A stretch of 64,000 bases of DNA, taken from Octopus sinensis. Its lineage: Eukaryota. Below, piece after piece: positions 35,798 to 49,964 of the stretch. Below the pieces are notes generated by a model that saw only the letters and a list, made by a program, of their open reading frames with translations, did no database searches and was not told the DNA's origin. Each line of letters starts with the position of its first letter. The first letter of the stretch is position 1. The position numbers and the translations under genes are program-made. Location of the stretch: the NCBI RefSeq assembly GCF_006345805.1, contig NC_043003.1:78616001-78680000 (forward strand). The letters are read 5' to 3'.

Positions 35798-37765
35798 GTT
35801 TTGCTTTTCCTCGAATATCCGCAAACTGAAGGGTCTTCCCTTTTTTTTTAGCATCTTCAGGAAGATAATCTACTCGCATAATACCTGTTAGAATTAAAAA
35901 TAAAACAACATGGTAATGATTTCAAATTTTGGCACAAGGCCAACAGTTTCAGGATTACATTAACCCCCAGTACCCAACTGGTACTTGTTTTATTTACTTT
36001 GTAAGGATGAAAGGCAAAATTGACCTCTGCAGAATTTGAACTCAGAATGTAAAGACAGAGAAAAATGCTGCCAAGCATTTTGCCTGGTATGCTAACAGTT
36101 TTGCCTGAACAGCAACATAATAATAATAATGATGATGATGATGATGATCCTTTCTACTATAGACACAAGGCCTGAAATGTTTGGGAAGGGGGCCAGTTGA
36201 CTGGATTGATCCCAGTACACAGCTAGTACTTAATTTATCGAACCCCCCATCCTCTCACCCCCGAGAGGATGAAAGGCAAAGTTGACCTTAGCAGAATTTG
36301 AGCTTGGAATGTAGCAGCAGACGAGATACTGCTAACCATTTTACCCAGTATGCTTACGATTCTACTGGCTTGCCAATAATAATAATAATAATAATAATAA
36401 TCATAATCATAATCATAATCATAATAATAATAATAATTGCCCTGATGCAGTACCAGGCAGTGGCTCTCATGGCTTAACTGATTGGAAGTGTTATCATGTA
36501 CATTGTTTTGTCTTGGTATAAAAGATGGGCTACAGCAAATATTATGCTCAATACCACAGATTTGCTTGTCAGTTGTTTGACGAGCATGTCCCTTAGTGGC
36601 TGACGATATGTGCATCTCTGATCACGAGCAGAAGTAGTGGGGGAGCATCATAGCCATGTGTTGAGAGGGATTCTTTGAGGTTTGAATAATTAACCTCTGG
36701 AAACATGGGTGGTTCTTTCAACATCCTTAAACAACCCTTATTCAAGGACCTTTTGAGCGGGATGGGTTAGAAAATTCTAACTGGGCCCCACCTGAAAGGT
36801 CATGTGCTGTTTATCTTGATATGAGATCACCATGTCGCACACATATGGTTGTGATGCATGTGCCTGGTGTACCCTTATCAGACGGGTAGTCATGATGGGT
36901 ATATTGGGCTTCGTATATTTTACCCCAGTGTCACTTTGATGGCATGAACTGCTCTTTCACTCAATAATAATAATAATGATAATAATAATAATAATAATAA
37001 CAAACTGACAGAAAGATAGATGCAAATAGGCCAGACATCATATTGAAAGACTTCAGACAAAGAACATGCCTCCTCATTGATATGACTGTCCCAATCGATA
37101 TAAACGTATCTGTCAAGACCTACCAAAAGCTGAGCAAATATAAAGATCTTGAAATAGAAATCAGCAAAATGTGGAACCTGAAGACTAAAACAATACCTAT
37201 TGTCATAGGTGCCCTGGGAATGATAGTGAAAGGGGCTGATTGCTACCTAACTCAGATACCAGGAAACCCCAAAATGGCAGAAATTCAAAAGACAGTACTC
37301 ATGGGAACTGCTCATATCCTACGCAAAATACTTTCTATGTAATCCCAAGGTTTAAAACAAACATTTAAAAAAAAAAAATCTATTTATTAGACATTCACTA
37401 GTACAACAAAAAAAAACCCAAATATATGGCACACTAGGCATAACAACAACGTGAACTTCCAACTTGTTGTCTCTCGATGTCACTGGGTGAGACTTGGAGC
37501 CAACTTGTACAAATATAAAGCAAAAGTCAAACATAGAATAATAATAATAATAATAATGGTTTCTAACTTTGCCACAAGGGCAGCAATTTTGGGGGAAGGG
37601 ATGAGTTGATTACATCGACCCCAGTATTCAACTGGTACTTATTTTATTGACTCCGAAAGGATGAAAGGCAAAGTCAACCTCGGCAGAGTTTGTAGCAGCA
37701 GACAAAATACCGCTAAGCATTTTGTCTGGCGTGCTAACAATTCTACCAGCTCACCAATAATAATA

Positions 37766-37825
<60 letters not shown>

Positions 37826-38410
37826 TCTTCTATAAGAAAAAAGGGATTACTATTATTCATTTTGCAGAAAGGTGGATGAAACTGGCGAGAATTTTGCAAG
37901 TGAATAGGCCTGCCCTGAGCATATGCCTGTAATTGGAAAAAAGGAAAGGAAAAGAGACATCAGCCCTAAAAGTCTGGATATCCATGGTTTTTATGGGGTT
38001 TTTCCTTGAGCAGCCTTTCAACGTTTCCTCCCTACACATTGTTGATTTTAAAAATTTTGTTGGTCTTGTTTAAATGCAAAACCCTCATAACAACACACAC
38101 TCACACACAGTCTTTGCTTTGTCCTGTACTGTCCATAATTTTTTTTCTTCGTGTAAACTCTTGTGATTAATAAAGAAATCATTATTACGGCGGTAAGCTG
38201 GCAGAATCATTAGCTTGCTGGAAGAAAATGCTTAGCGGTATTTCACCCGTTGCTACGTTCTGAGTTCAAATTCTGCCAAGGTCGATTTTACCGTTCATCC
38301 TTTTGGGGTCGATAAAATAAGTACCAGTTGAACATTTATGTAATCAACTCATCCCCTTCTTCTAAATTGCTGCCCTTTCAAAATTTGAAACCATCATCAT
38401 CATCATTATA

Positions 38411-38441
<31 letters not shown>

Positions 38442-38688
38442 TATTATTATTATTATTATTATTCTATGTTTGACTTTTGCTTTACATTTGTACAAGTTGG
38501 CTCCAAGTCTCACCCAGAAACCTCAAGAGACAACAAGTTGGAAGCTCATGTTGGTGTTATGCCTAGGGTGCCATATATTTGGTTTTGTACATAGTGTTGT
38601 TCTAGAGAATGTTTAAGAAACCATAAGAAAATTATGTTTGTTTTAAAACTTGAGATTACATAGAAAGTATTTTGAGCACTACCTTATT

Positions 38689-38750
<62 letters not shown>

Positions 38751-39943
38751 TATGTTTCTGTTTAGGAATGTTAATAATAATAGTGATAATTTCTTTATTG
38801 GCCACAAGGGCTGAACATAAAACAAATAGGGACAATGCAAAACAGGGGATGCAGTACCAGACATTGGCTTTCATGGCTTCTAATTGTAACTGATTGGAAG
38901 TTTATGTACAAATATTCTGCTCAAAACCACAGATTTGCTTGCCAGTTACTTGACCTTAACCAGTTGAGCATGTCCCTAGTGGCTGAGAATATGTGCATTT
39001 TTCATGATGAGCAGAAATAGTGGAGGAGTATCAGAGCCATGTGTTGAGAGAAATTTTGGTGGGTTTGGATAATTCACTTCTGGAGATGTAGGTGTTTTTT
39101 TCATCATCCTTAAATAAACCTTATTCATGGACCTTTTGAGCAAGATGGGCTACTTGACTTGAAGAAAATTCTAACTGGGCCCTACCTGCAAGGTCATGTG
39201 CTGTTTATCTTGATATAAGGTCGCTATGTTGCACACATATGTTTCTGATGAATATACCTGTTGTACCCTTATCAGATGGGCAGTCATAATGAATATATTG
39301 GGCTTTGTATATTTGTACCCCAGTGTCACTTTGATGGCATGCACTGCTCCCTCACTCAATAATAATGGTAATAATGATAAATGCAGTACCTGGCAGTAGC
39401 TCTCTTGGCTTCTCATCTTAACTGATTGGAAGGGTTATCATGTACATTGTTTTGTCTTGATGTAAAAGATGGGCTACAATAAATATTTTCCTCAATGTCA
39501 CAGATTTGCTTGTCAGTTGTTTGACCTTAGCTAGTTGAGCATGTCTCTTGTTAGCTGATGATATGTGCATCTCTTATCATGAGCAGAAGTAGTGGAGGAG
39601 CATCATAGCCATGCGTTGAAAGGAATTCTTTGAGGTTTGGATAATTCACCTCCAGGAAACATTCATGTTTCATTCAACATCCTTAAACAACCCTTATTCA
39701 GGGACCTTTTGAGCAGGATGGGCTACTTGACTTGAAGAAAATTCTAACTGGGCCCCAGCTGCAAGGTCATGTACTGTTAATCTTGATATGAAATCACCAT
39801 GTTGCGCACATGTAGTTGTAATGCATGTGCCTTGGTGTACCCTTATCAGACGGGTAGTCATGATGGGTATACTGGGCTTTGTATATTTTATCCAAGTGTC
39901 ACTTTGATGGCATGCACTGCTCTCTCTCTCAATAATAATAATG

Positions 39944-40035
<92 letters not shown>

Positions 40036-40794
40036 TTTGTTATACCAAATCTGTTCCAATAAAAGAAAATATATTTACAACTTTTATATTTAATGTTGGT
40101 ATGTATAAAGCATTATTTATTGGGCCTTATCTTCGAACAGTGCAATTATATAAATGTAGATGATAAACATGTATATATAAGACACACACACACATTACTT
40201 TCCACTTATTTATGAAACTGTTCCTGAAAAGCTGAGGCAAAAAATGACTCAATATTTACTTTGCTTTGACACTGAAAGAATAGCTTCTCGCATTTTGGTG
40301 CCCAGAAAAGTGAGCACCTGCTTTCTGTTGTTGTATGTCACTCTTTCAGCAACTGTCAGTGCATGGTATGGCAGGTGAGCTATACGGGAATCCTGGAAAG
40401 ATGAATATCATTGAGTGAAAACAAAAGAATTAACTGATTAATAATACTATGTATATATATATCTTTATATATAAAACTGAAGTTGTGAGTGTGAGTGTTT
40501 GTCTACTCCGATTTAGATTCCTAACTACTCCCACATTTTACGGTGCAGTTTAACCAAAAGCGAGTATCTTATAGTCGTGATTCATATCAAGCCCTTCTGG
40601 GTATTAGTGCACGTCTACGATGAGTCTGCGATTTAAAAAAAATTTACCATCATTTTTCCGCATTTTTAATACATTTTTTGTTCGGTTTATATAAGGGAAG
40701 TAACTCTCTAAAAATGCTTATATAGTTATTTCCCTTACAAACCCAAGCAACGCCAGGCGATACTGCTAGTATATATATATATATATTATATATA

Positions 40795-40843
<49 letters not shown>

Positions 40844-42516
40844 ATATATTATATTATAACTTAGGGTATCAATAGCAACCAGGATCCGACTCTAAAACCA
40901 CCTTAAGTGTTCACACTTACGGTGGTTTTAGAGTCAGATCCTGGCTGCTATTTTCAGCATGGCGATGTCTCATAGATACTCTAAGTTATAATTTTAATAA
41001 TAATTATTACCTTTGAAGGATTATATTTCCATGCTGGCCACTTGATAAGATCGTCATTTAATTTAAATTAACGATCTTATCCTCATTTATATATATATAT
41101 ATATTTGGTCATCATGTTTGAAATTTGTAGAAAAGAAAAAAAAGTTTGCTAATGTTTTGTAAATACAAGGACCCATATTGTCAATACACTTTTCGCAATC
41201 AATAAAATCTTGCCGTTTTACAGCATCGTCGGAATTAAATATTTTCCCTATTAAAATTTATCCAAATTCTGGAATAAGTGGTAGTCAGTAGGGGGCAAGA
41301 TCAGGTGAGTATGGTGGTGGAAGGAGAACTTCCAACTCCAAATCCTGTAGTTTCACCAATGTCATTTTTGCAATGTGTGGACTGGCGTTGTCTTGCAATA
41401 AAATAGGAGTGGATCTGTCGACTAATCGAGGCTGTTTTATTTGTAAGTTTCTGCATCATTTGGTCCAGTTGGCTGCAGTATACTTTGGCCGTGATTGATG
41501 AGTCAGGTTTAATGAAATGATAATGGATCACACCTGTGCTAGACCACCAAATACACACCATCAGCTTCTTTTGATGAATTTTGGTTTTTGGACTGTGTTT
41601 TGGTGGCTCGTCTTAGTCCAACCAATGTGCTGAATGTTTACAGTTGTTGTATTGGATCCATTTCTCATCACATGTTACAATTCGATTAAAAAATTATTCA
41701 TTTTTGTGACGAGAAAGTAGCATAATGCAGGCTTCCAAACATTGTTATTTCTGATTTTCATTGAGCTCATGTGGAACCCACTTATCCAACTTTTTCACGT
41801 TACCAATTTGAACATGGCGAGTCAATATTGTTTGCCTGCCAACACCAAATAACAACGATAATTCATGGACACTTTGAGATGGATCTGACTCGATGGTGGC
41901 ATTTAGTCTGTCATTATCCACCTTTGTTTCTGGTCTTCCACATTGCTCATTTGTGAGGTCAAAGTTACCAGAATGAAATTTGATACTGTCTGCTGTGTAA
42001 TAACATTAGAATAAAATACTCCATTAATATACAGAGCTGTCTATGATGCAGTACTTCAAAGGAAGAACTCATATTTCAAAACTGTATGAATTTGTGACTT
42101 ATACATCTCTAAACAAAAATAGCAAATAACGATTTATAAATACTTTATAAAGCACAAAATGAGTTAGAATAAAGAAATAGATGTGTCAACTTTCTAACAA
42201 AAAAAATAAAGATTATTAGAATATAATAAAGGTGCAAAATGATCAGCTGTTAAAATTTACCATATACCTTACAACGAATTTCATACTTGACAACCTAATA
42301 TATATATATATATATATATATCTTCTGTTATTTGTTTCAATCATTTGACTATGGCTATGCTGGAGCACCACCTTTAGTCGAGCAAATCGACCCAAGGGCT
42401 TATTCTTTGTGAGCCTAGTACTTATTCTACCGGTCTCCTTTGCCGAACCACTAAGTTACAGGGACGTAAACATACCAGCATCGGTTGTCAAGTGATGTTG
42501 GGGGAGACAAACACAG

Positions 42517-42583
<67 letters not shown>

Positions 42584-45500
42584 TACACACACACACACAA
42601 ACGCACACATATACGACAGGCTTCTTTCAGTTTCTGCCAGCAGTGATATTTGTTATGGCATTTCATATCTGAAATGTTAGATGTTTAGCTATAATTTTTA
42701 TAGAATATCTGTAGACAGTTCTATATTTAAGAGATGAGGAATTATGTACATTATTTACAGGCATATGGCGTAGTGGTTAAGAGCGCGGGCAACTAATCCC
42801 AAGATTCTGAGTTTGATTCCAAGCAGTGATCTGAACAATAACAATAACAATAATAATATTAACATCGAAAAATACCATAGGAATGAGAACCCAGGTTCGA
42901 AATTTCCTCAAGACACCTGAAGTAGACTGGAGGGTATATCAGCCGAAATGTTGTGTTAACAACAAACAAGATGAGGACAAACATCTATTGAATGTAAATA
43001 ATGTAAATAATGTAAATAATGAATATCTGTAGAGTTAACTTTAACAAGTGATGTAAACACATTGCTAACACAGAAGAACATAGTATTGACTTATAAAAAA
43101 ACGTTTGATGTACTTTATAGTATACTATGGTTGCATAATGAAATATTGTGTCCCTACAAGTCACTAGCTTCTAATGATCTTTGAAAACCACAAGGCCATG
43201 CTGGGGTAGTATTCCATTGAGGGAGTATAGAGGGTGAGTGCACCTAACAGACTGGCAGTGTGAGGCAGAATGCCCAGTTGAAACACATATGGTGATAAAG
43301 TAATAAATGATACCAAATTAAACATGTAATAGGCATAGTCAACTACTGAGGACATCACTCTTTTGGCTCCAGTGGGAACTTCTCTGAGAATATTGGCACC
43401 ATACTTCAGTAATGTTTCAATCTAAAAAAGGAAAAGGAAAAAAAGTAAAATAAAAAATATAATAATTTCATTAAAATCATCAAAATTATAAATAAATAAT
43501 CAAAATTAGTATTCAAATAACTCCATCAAATGTAATATTCGGTATTCATAGTTTTGAAGTAAACCTGTATTATCTCATAGTCTTGAAGTTTCGATGATGT
43601 GACTGTTTACCTTTAGAATGTCATAGTATTATAGGTATGAGAAGCCAAATCCGGTTGGTTTAAACATAAAATAGGTGGAATGTTTGGGCTCTATATGGCC
43701 AGTTTAAATGTTAATTGGTTAAAAGGAATTATCAAAATTACGGAGATGTACTTGCATAGCAAGTGACCTGATCTGAGATTGTGTGCTGGAATGGAAACAA
43801 TTGTAGCATGGAAGGTGTTTATAAGCCATTTAAGAAACACACAAAAACCGTTAGATTCATTTCAACATTTAAATTTAATTTGCCATTTGGCAAATTAAAT
43901 TTAAATGTTGAAGTAAATCTAACAGTTGGGAAGTAACAGTCAATTCAAGGTTATAATGGAAGACACCTTCCAAAGGTGCCAAGCAATGGGACTGAGCCCA
44001 GAACTTAGTGGTTATAAAGTACACCTGTACCCTAAAATCATCATCATCATCATCACCCTCCTTCTCCTCCTCTTCCACCTTCTCCACATCATCATTATCA
44101 TCATCACCGTCAGTGTTTTACATTCACTTTTCCATACTAATATAGATTGGATGGTTTTTTTTTTTTCAGAGACAGTATTTTACAGCTGGTTGCTCTTCCT
44201 GTCACTAACCTTTTTAGTCATTTGTAGTGACAGCAGGAACATAGTATACCTATTCTAAAACTGGGACACACATGGTAAGCCAGCACCTTAATAAACATTC
44301 GGAATCATCTTCAGAGAATTAACATCTTTAGAGTGATGTTTGTCTCCAAAATATTCATTACCCACTCCCCATAGGCCATGCTAACTCACTAGTCCAATAT
44401 GATATATCAGTACAAAAATAGTTAAACCCTTGAGCATTCAGATAACTTCATCAACATCATCATCATTGTTTAACGTCCGCTTTCCATGCTAGCATGGGTT
44501 GGATGATTTGACTGAGGGCCGGCGAACCAGATGGCTACACCAGGCTTCAATCTTGATCTGGCAGAGTTTCTACAGCTGGATGCCCTTCCTAATGCCAACC
44601 ACTCCAAGAGTGTAGTGGGTGCTTTTATGTGCCACCGGCATGGGGGCCATTCAGGCGGTACTGGTAATGACCTCACTTGAATCTTTTTACACATGCCACT
44701 GGCACAGGCGCCAGTAAGGCGATGCTGGTAGCGATCATGCTTGAATGATGCCTTTTACATGTCACTGGCACGGAGGCCAGTTAGCTGCTCTGGCAACGAT
44801 CATGCTCGGATGGTGCTCTTAGCACCCTACTAGCATGGGGCTCAAGCGCCAGTAAGGCGACGTCTTCTTTATTCACATTGTTTTGAATTAATCATGCATT
44901 TCGATCATGAGATTTCAATTGTGTGTTTGTATATTTTTAAAATGACATTGTAAGGTACATGTGAGAGGCCAGATGTGGCCAATTTGAACATAAAACAGAT
45001 AGAATATATGGGCTGGATATGGCCAGGTTGAATGCTGTAGGGTTAATCTCTTATACTGGTTTCTCATCTAAATAAAAAAATAAACAATGATTTCTAGGGG
45101 TGGAGGGATTCAATACTTTTACCCCTAAATGAATGTCCATTGTGGAGACGCAATGGCCCAGTGATTAGGGCAGCAGACTCGTGGTCGGAGGATCACAGTT
45201 TCGATTCCCAGACCGGGCGTTGTGTGTGTTTATTGAGCGAAAACACCTAAAAGCTCCATGAGGCTCCGGCAGCGAGTAGTGGTGACCCCCTGTTGTACTC
45301 TTTCACCACAACTTTCTCTCACTCTCTTTTCCTGTTTCTTGAGTAACGCTGTGATGAACTGGCATCCCGTCCAGCTGGGGGGAACACATACACCACAGAA
45401 ACCGGGAAACCGGGTACATGAGCCTGGCTAGGCTTGAAAAAGGCAAAAAAAAAAAAAAAAAAATCCAGTACTTGATTTTATTAACCAGAGAAGGATGAAA

Positions 45501-48500
45501 CGCAAAATCGATCTCAGCAATTTTTGGTCTCAGAATGTAAAGAGCTGGAAGAGATATCATAAGGCATGTTTGTCTGATGCTCTAATGCTTCTCCAAACCT
45601 ACTACTTTAAGTCTTGAATGAGCACTACACCTTTACATCCATGTAAATTCATATTTGTTGACTCCAGATCAGCCTTGTTTAAGCAAACCTATAATGAAAA
45701 GTGTTCCAGCCATGGCCATTCATCTTTTTTTTCTCTCTCAGATAAAGTCTTTGTAGAATTTTATCATCCAATGCATCCATTTTTCCGTTAAGATAGTATC
45801 TTTCAATTTTTACTTGTTTCAGTCATTAGACTGTGGCCATGCTAGAGCACCACTATGAAAGGATTTAGTCAAATGAATTAACCCCAGTACTTTTTTTTTT
45901 TTCAGTCTGGTACTTATTCTATCGGTGTCTTTTGCTGTACCACTAAGTTATGTGAATGTAAACAAACCAACACTGATAAGTCAATTGGTAGTGGAGGACA
46001 AACAAACACAAAGATACATGCACATAGATATATATACATATATGTACATACATAAGATGAGCTTTTTTCAGTTTCTGTCAAGCAGATCCACTCACCCATG
46101 GTTCCATGCAGTGGAACTGAACCTGGAACCATGCAGTTGGAAAGTAAACTTCTTACCACGGTGGGTATGATTTAAGGGATATTGGCTACTATTGTCCAGT
46201 TACTGTTTAGCGGTCCTCTTCATTGGGTCGTATATACCTAAGACAATAGGGTGTGCATGAGGAGAAACTGGTTACTATTTCTGTCAGGTCAAACTACTAT
46301 GTAGCTTATTGGTCCATCCATCCATCCTCCATCCATCTATACATACATACATACATACATACATGCATACATACAAACATACATACATACATACGTACAT
46401 ACATACATACATACATACACACATACATACACACACACATACATAAGGGAGTAGGATGTAATTTGAAAGTGGCTACTATTTCTATCAGGTCTAGCTATTA
46501 TGTAGAGATCTCTCTTATTAGCTTATACATGAGACAGTAGGGTATAATTTGAGAGAAACTGGTCACTATTTCTATTACTATGTAAAGGTTCCTTTCAATT
46601 GTTCATGCATAGATATATATACATACATATATAAGACAGTAGGTTGTGAGTTGAGGGAGACTGGCTACACTTTCTCTCAAGTTGAACTATCCTGTAGATG
46701 TTCCCTTATTGTTCATACATATGTGTGTACAGTGTAATTGAGGATTTGGTCATTATTTCTAGAAATATGAGCAACAGGAAAGAGAGCCCCTTGATTGGCT
46801 TGTTTCAATCCTTGTTTCTAAATTGCCATTTCAAAATATGTAGCAAATTACACAAGGTACAAAACCTCACTCCTCCTCCTCCTCCACCTCTCCAAATTAA
46901 TCCTCTGAAAATAGTTGAAATGAAAACTTTAAAACTGATATGATTTCTTTGAACTTACCAAATCAAATCTGTCTTCAAGATTCCATTGATCTTCAAACTG
47001 AGTTGTTACAGCAACACAGAGACTGTTACCAATGCCATGTGTTAATTCCAGGTTTGGTTCAGCACCATTATTCAGTAATTCTGTCACTGCCTGGAAAATG
47101 ACAAACAAAATACAATAAAATGGCTTCAGATTAATAAATAAATATAAAATCATTTTAATAATTTTGATAAATGTTTTCATGCTTTTCTGTGAAGATAAAA
47201 AAGAAGACTTTGTGGAGACCAAAAGATCATTCTTTACTTCCTTTTCTATAGTAATTTGTTGATTGATGAGGTTTCTGGCAACCTCGCTTAAAGTCAAATG
47301 GCATGAAAAAAAGCACCTAGTATATTATGTAAAACAGTGGTTCTCAACTGGGGGCCATATGGGTCCTGAGGGTCCATGTAAGAATTTTGGGGGTCCATGC
47401 AACAAAATAGTAAACTGGGGATCCACAATAGTATTTTAAGGGCCCCTGAAAAAATTTTGCTTTAGATTTATATATTGGTATGTATTGCAAGAAACAGCTA
47501 AGTTTCTTTTTCTATCATTTTACATAGTTCAACCTACTCAAGTTAATATATGAAAAGCAAAATAGGAATTTTGAAAGAATTTTCTATAAAACTAGTTTTT
47601 AAGCATTGAATGGTTTTGGGGTCCACCAGACGAAAATAGTATTTCAAAGGGGTCCATAGATTAAAAGTGGTTGAGAACCTCTGGTGTAAAGTGATTAACA
47701 TTAGGAAAGGTACATCCAGCTACAGAAACTTTGCCAAAAGATACACTGGAGAATAATGTAGTTCTTGGTCTTGCCAAACCATCTAACCCATGCCAGCATA
47801 GAACATGGACGTTCAATGATGATGATATGTATAACTTTGATTGAGCTGTCTATTTTACTTATGTGAGGAAGAGAAAATCATATTCCAATATTTAGCTACT
47901 TCATAGCAATATTAATTTCAAATTTTGGCACAAGGTCAACAATTTCAGGAGAGGAGGTAAGTCAGTTACATCAATGCCAGCGTTCAAGTGGTACTTATTT
48001 TATTGACCTGGATAGGATGAAAGGCAAAGTTGACCTCGGCAGAATTTGACCTCAACATTAAAACAAACTAAATACTGCTGAGCATTTTGCCCATCTGTCA
48101 GCTTGCTGCCTTACTGTCAATTAATGATATTAATCAAAGTCTAATTGTAAAATCATATTTTAACCCTTTCATTACCAACCCGGCTGAAACCAGCTCTGGC
48201 TCTTTAGTACAAATGTCTGGTTTTCAAAAGTTCTGAATTAAAATCTTCCACCAAACCTTAGTCACAATTTATGTTCCTAAAACTAGCTTAATTATAACGA
48301 TGTTATTTTACTAAATTCTTTGTTATATTTAAAATAATTGGAAGAAACACAGAGCATCTCAAAATAAATACAGTAACGAAAGGGTTAATCTCTTTCTTCA
48401 GACAGTTATACAAAATAATAAAATTCCAATCATATATAAATACTGGTGGAAAGAGATAGTTCTGGAAGAGATTTGTGCCATATATGTTACGTATGCATTG

Positions 48501-49913
48501 TGTAAAGCAAGCAGTAAACGTGGAAGCTCTCTTCATACTGACTATAAAAGTATCATGATTGAAAAGTGAAGGAAAGGAGAGATCTGTTGCACAAGAGACC
48601 AAAAGACTCAGTTACCGTTTTTGGGAGTGTGAATGTTTGAAAGTTGTATAATGCATAAGAAATTCTTTGCAGTTCAGACGATAGTCATACAAGAGTTGTA
48701 GTATTGGCAAAAGCCACTGAAGTTGTAGAAGTTGTGTGATTTCTCTCTGAGCATGTGAGAAGCACTCAGGGGCTTTGGGAAGTGGTTAAGAGTGAGAGAC
48801 TCATGATACTAAGGCCATTGGTTCAATTCCTGTTATGGGTTGCATGTTGTGCTCTTCATTTCATATTACTCAAGTCTACTCAGCCCAAAACTGATACCTG
48901 CCTAGTTTTGATGCAGCTCCCTCACTTTCCTCTCAGTGTCACATCCTTGATGTTTCCTTGGGGTCAAGGGTGAGAGCAACATAAGGATATCTGTGTCAGC
49001 CTGTGATGACATAGACACCTAAAACAGTGAGTTAAAGCATTGTACATACTAACAAGCACCAACTATGGTTGTGGTGTGATGGCTGTGAGTCTCTCTTGAG
49101 CTATATAAAGGGTTAACAACTCTTTTTGGTTAACCCTTTCATTACCATATTTATTTTGAGATGCTCTGTGTTTCATTCAATTATTTTTAAATATAATAAA
49201 GAATTTAGTGAAAGAACTTAGTTATCATTCAGCTAGTGTTGAGAACATAAATTGTGACTAAGGTTTGGTGGAAGATTTTAATTCAAAACTTATGAAAACA
49301 AGACATTTGTACTACAGAGCCAGAGGCAGTTTTGGCCGGGTTGGTATCAAAAGGGTTAAAGTATTTTAACAGATTTTGAGTTTTGATTATATGAAGTTTC
49401 ATATTATGTTTCAGGTGACACAAAATGGTATCAACTCTCTTAAAAAAAAGAGGAAGGACACATTGAATAATGTAGTCTTTGATGCACTGTTTATGAAGGA
49501 GAAACAAGATGGTCAAGATGGTCAAGACTAGTTTGCCTTTGATCATTGGTCTATTTGATTATAACTGACTTGGGCCTTAACAAGAACAACAAAAGGAGCA
49601 ACAACGATGCCGACGCTAACGCCGCCACTGCCGCCGACAACAACATTAGAGTTATTTTGCTATCAAATTCCTGTAAACTGTTGATTACTGATAATAAAAA
49701 AAATTGAACTGAGACACTTTGTCAGTGTACCAAGAGTTAGAAATAGGGTCTCATGATGGTTATATGATATACTCACCAGTTTGTTTCCCCAGGCAATTGC
49801 TAAAGCAAGGGGAGAGAAACCATTTGTTGAAACATTTGGATTCGCTTTCTTCTCTAACAGCAACCTGACAATAGCAGCTGCATCCTATGATGATGATAAC
49901 GATGATGATAATA

Positions 49914-49964
<51 letters not shown>

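Noticed and set aside
36437-36500. CCCTGATGCAG at the start of family I as a ribozyme core
   Set aside because: It is not CUGANGA and no downstream GAAA is in register; an HDV-like fold could not be established by eye
37857-38039. 60-aa minus-strand ORF as an extra ANKMY1 exon
   Set aside because: The neighbouring exons (40260 and 35884) already join in phase, and the ORF has no recognisable motif
42760-42830. tRNA-like sequences with A and B boxes (here and at many SINE heads)
   Set aside because: No complete cloverleaf or acceptor stem; they continue directly into repeat bodies, so they are SINE heads rather than tRNA genes
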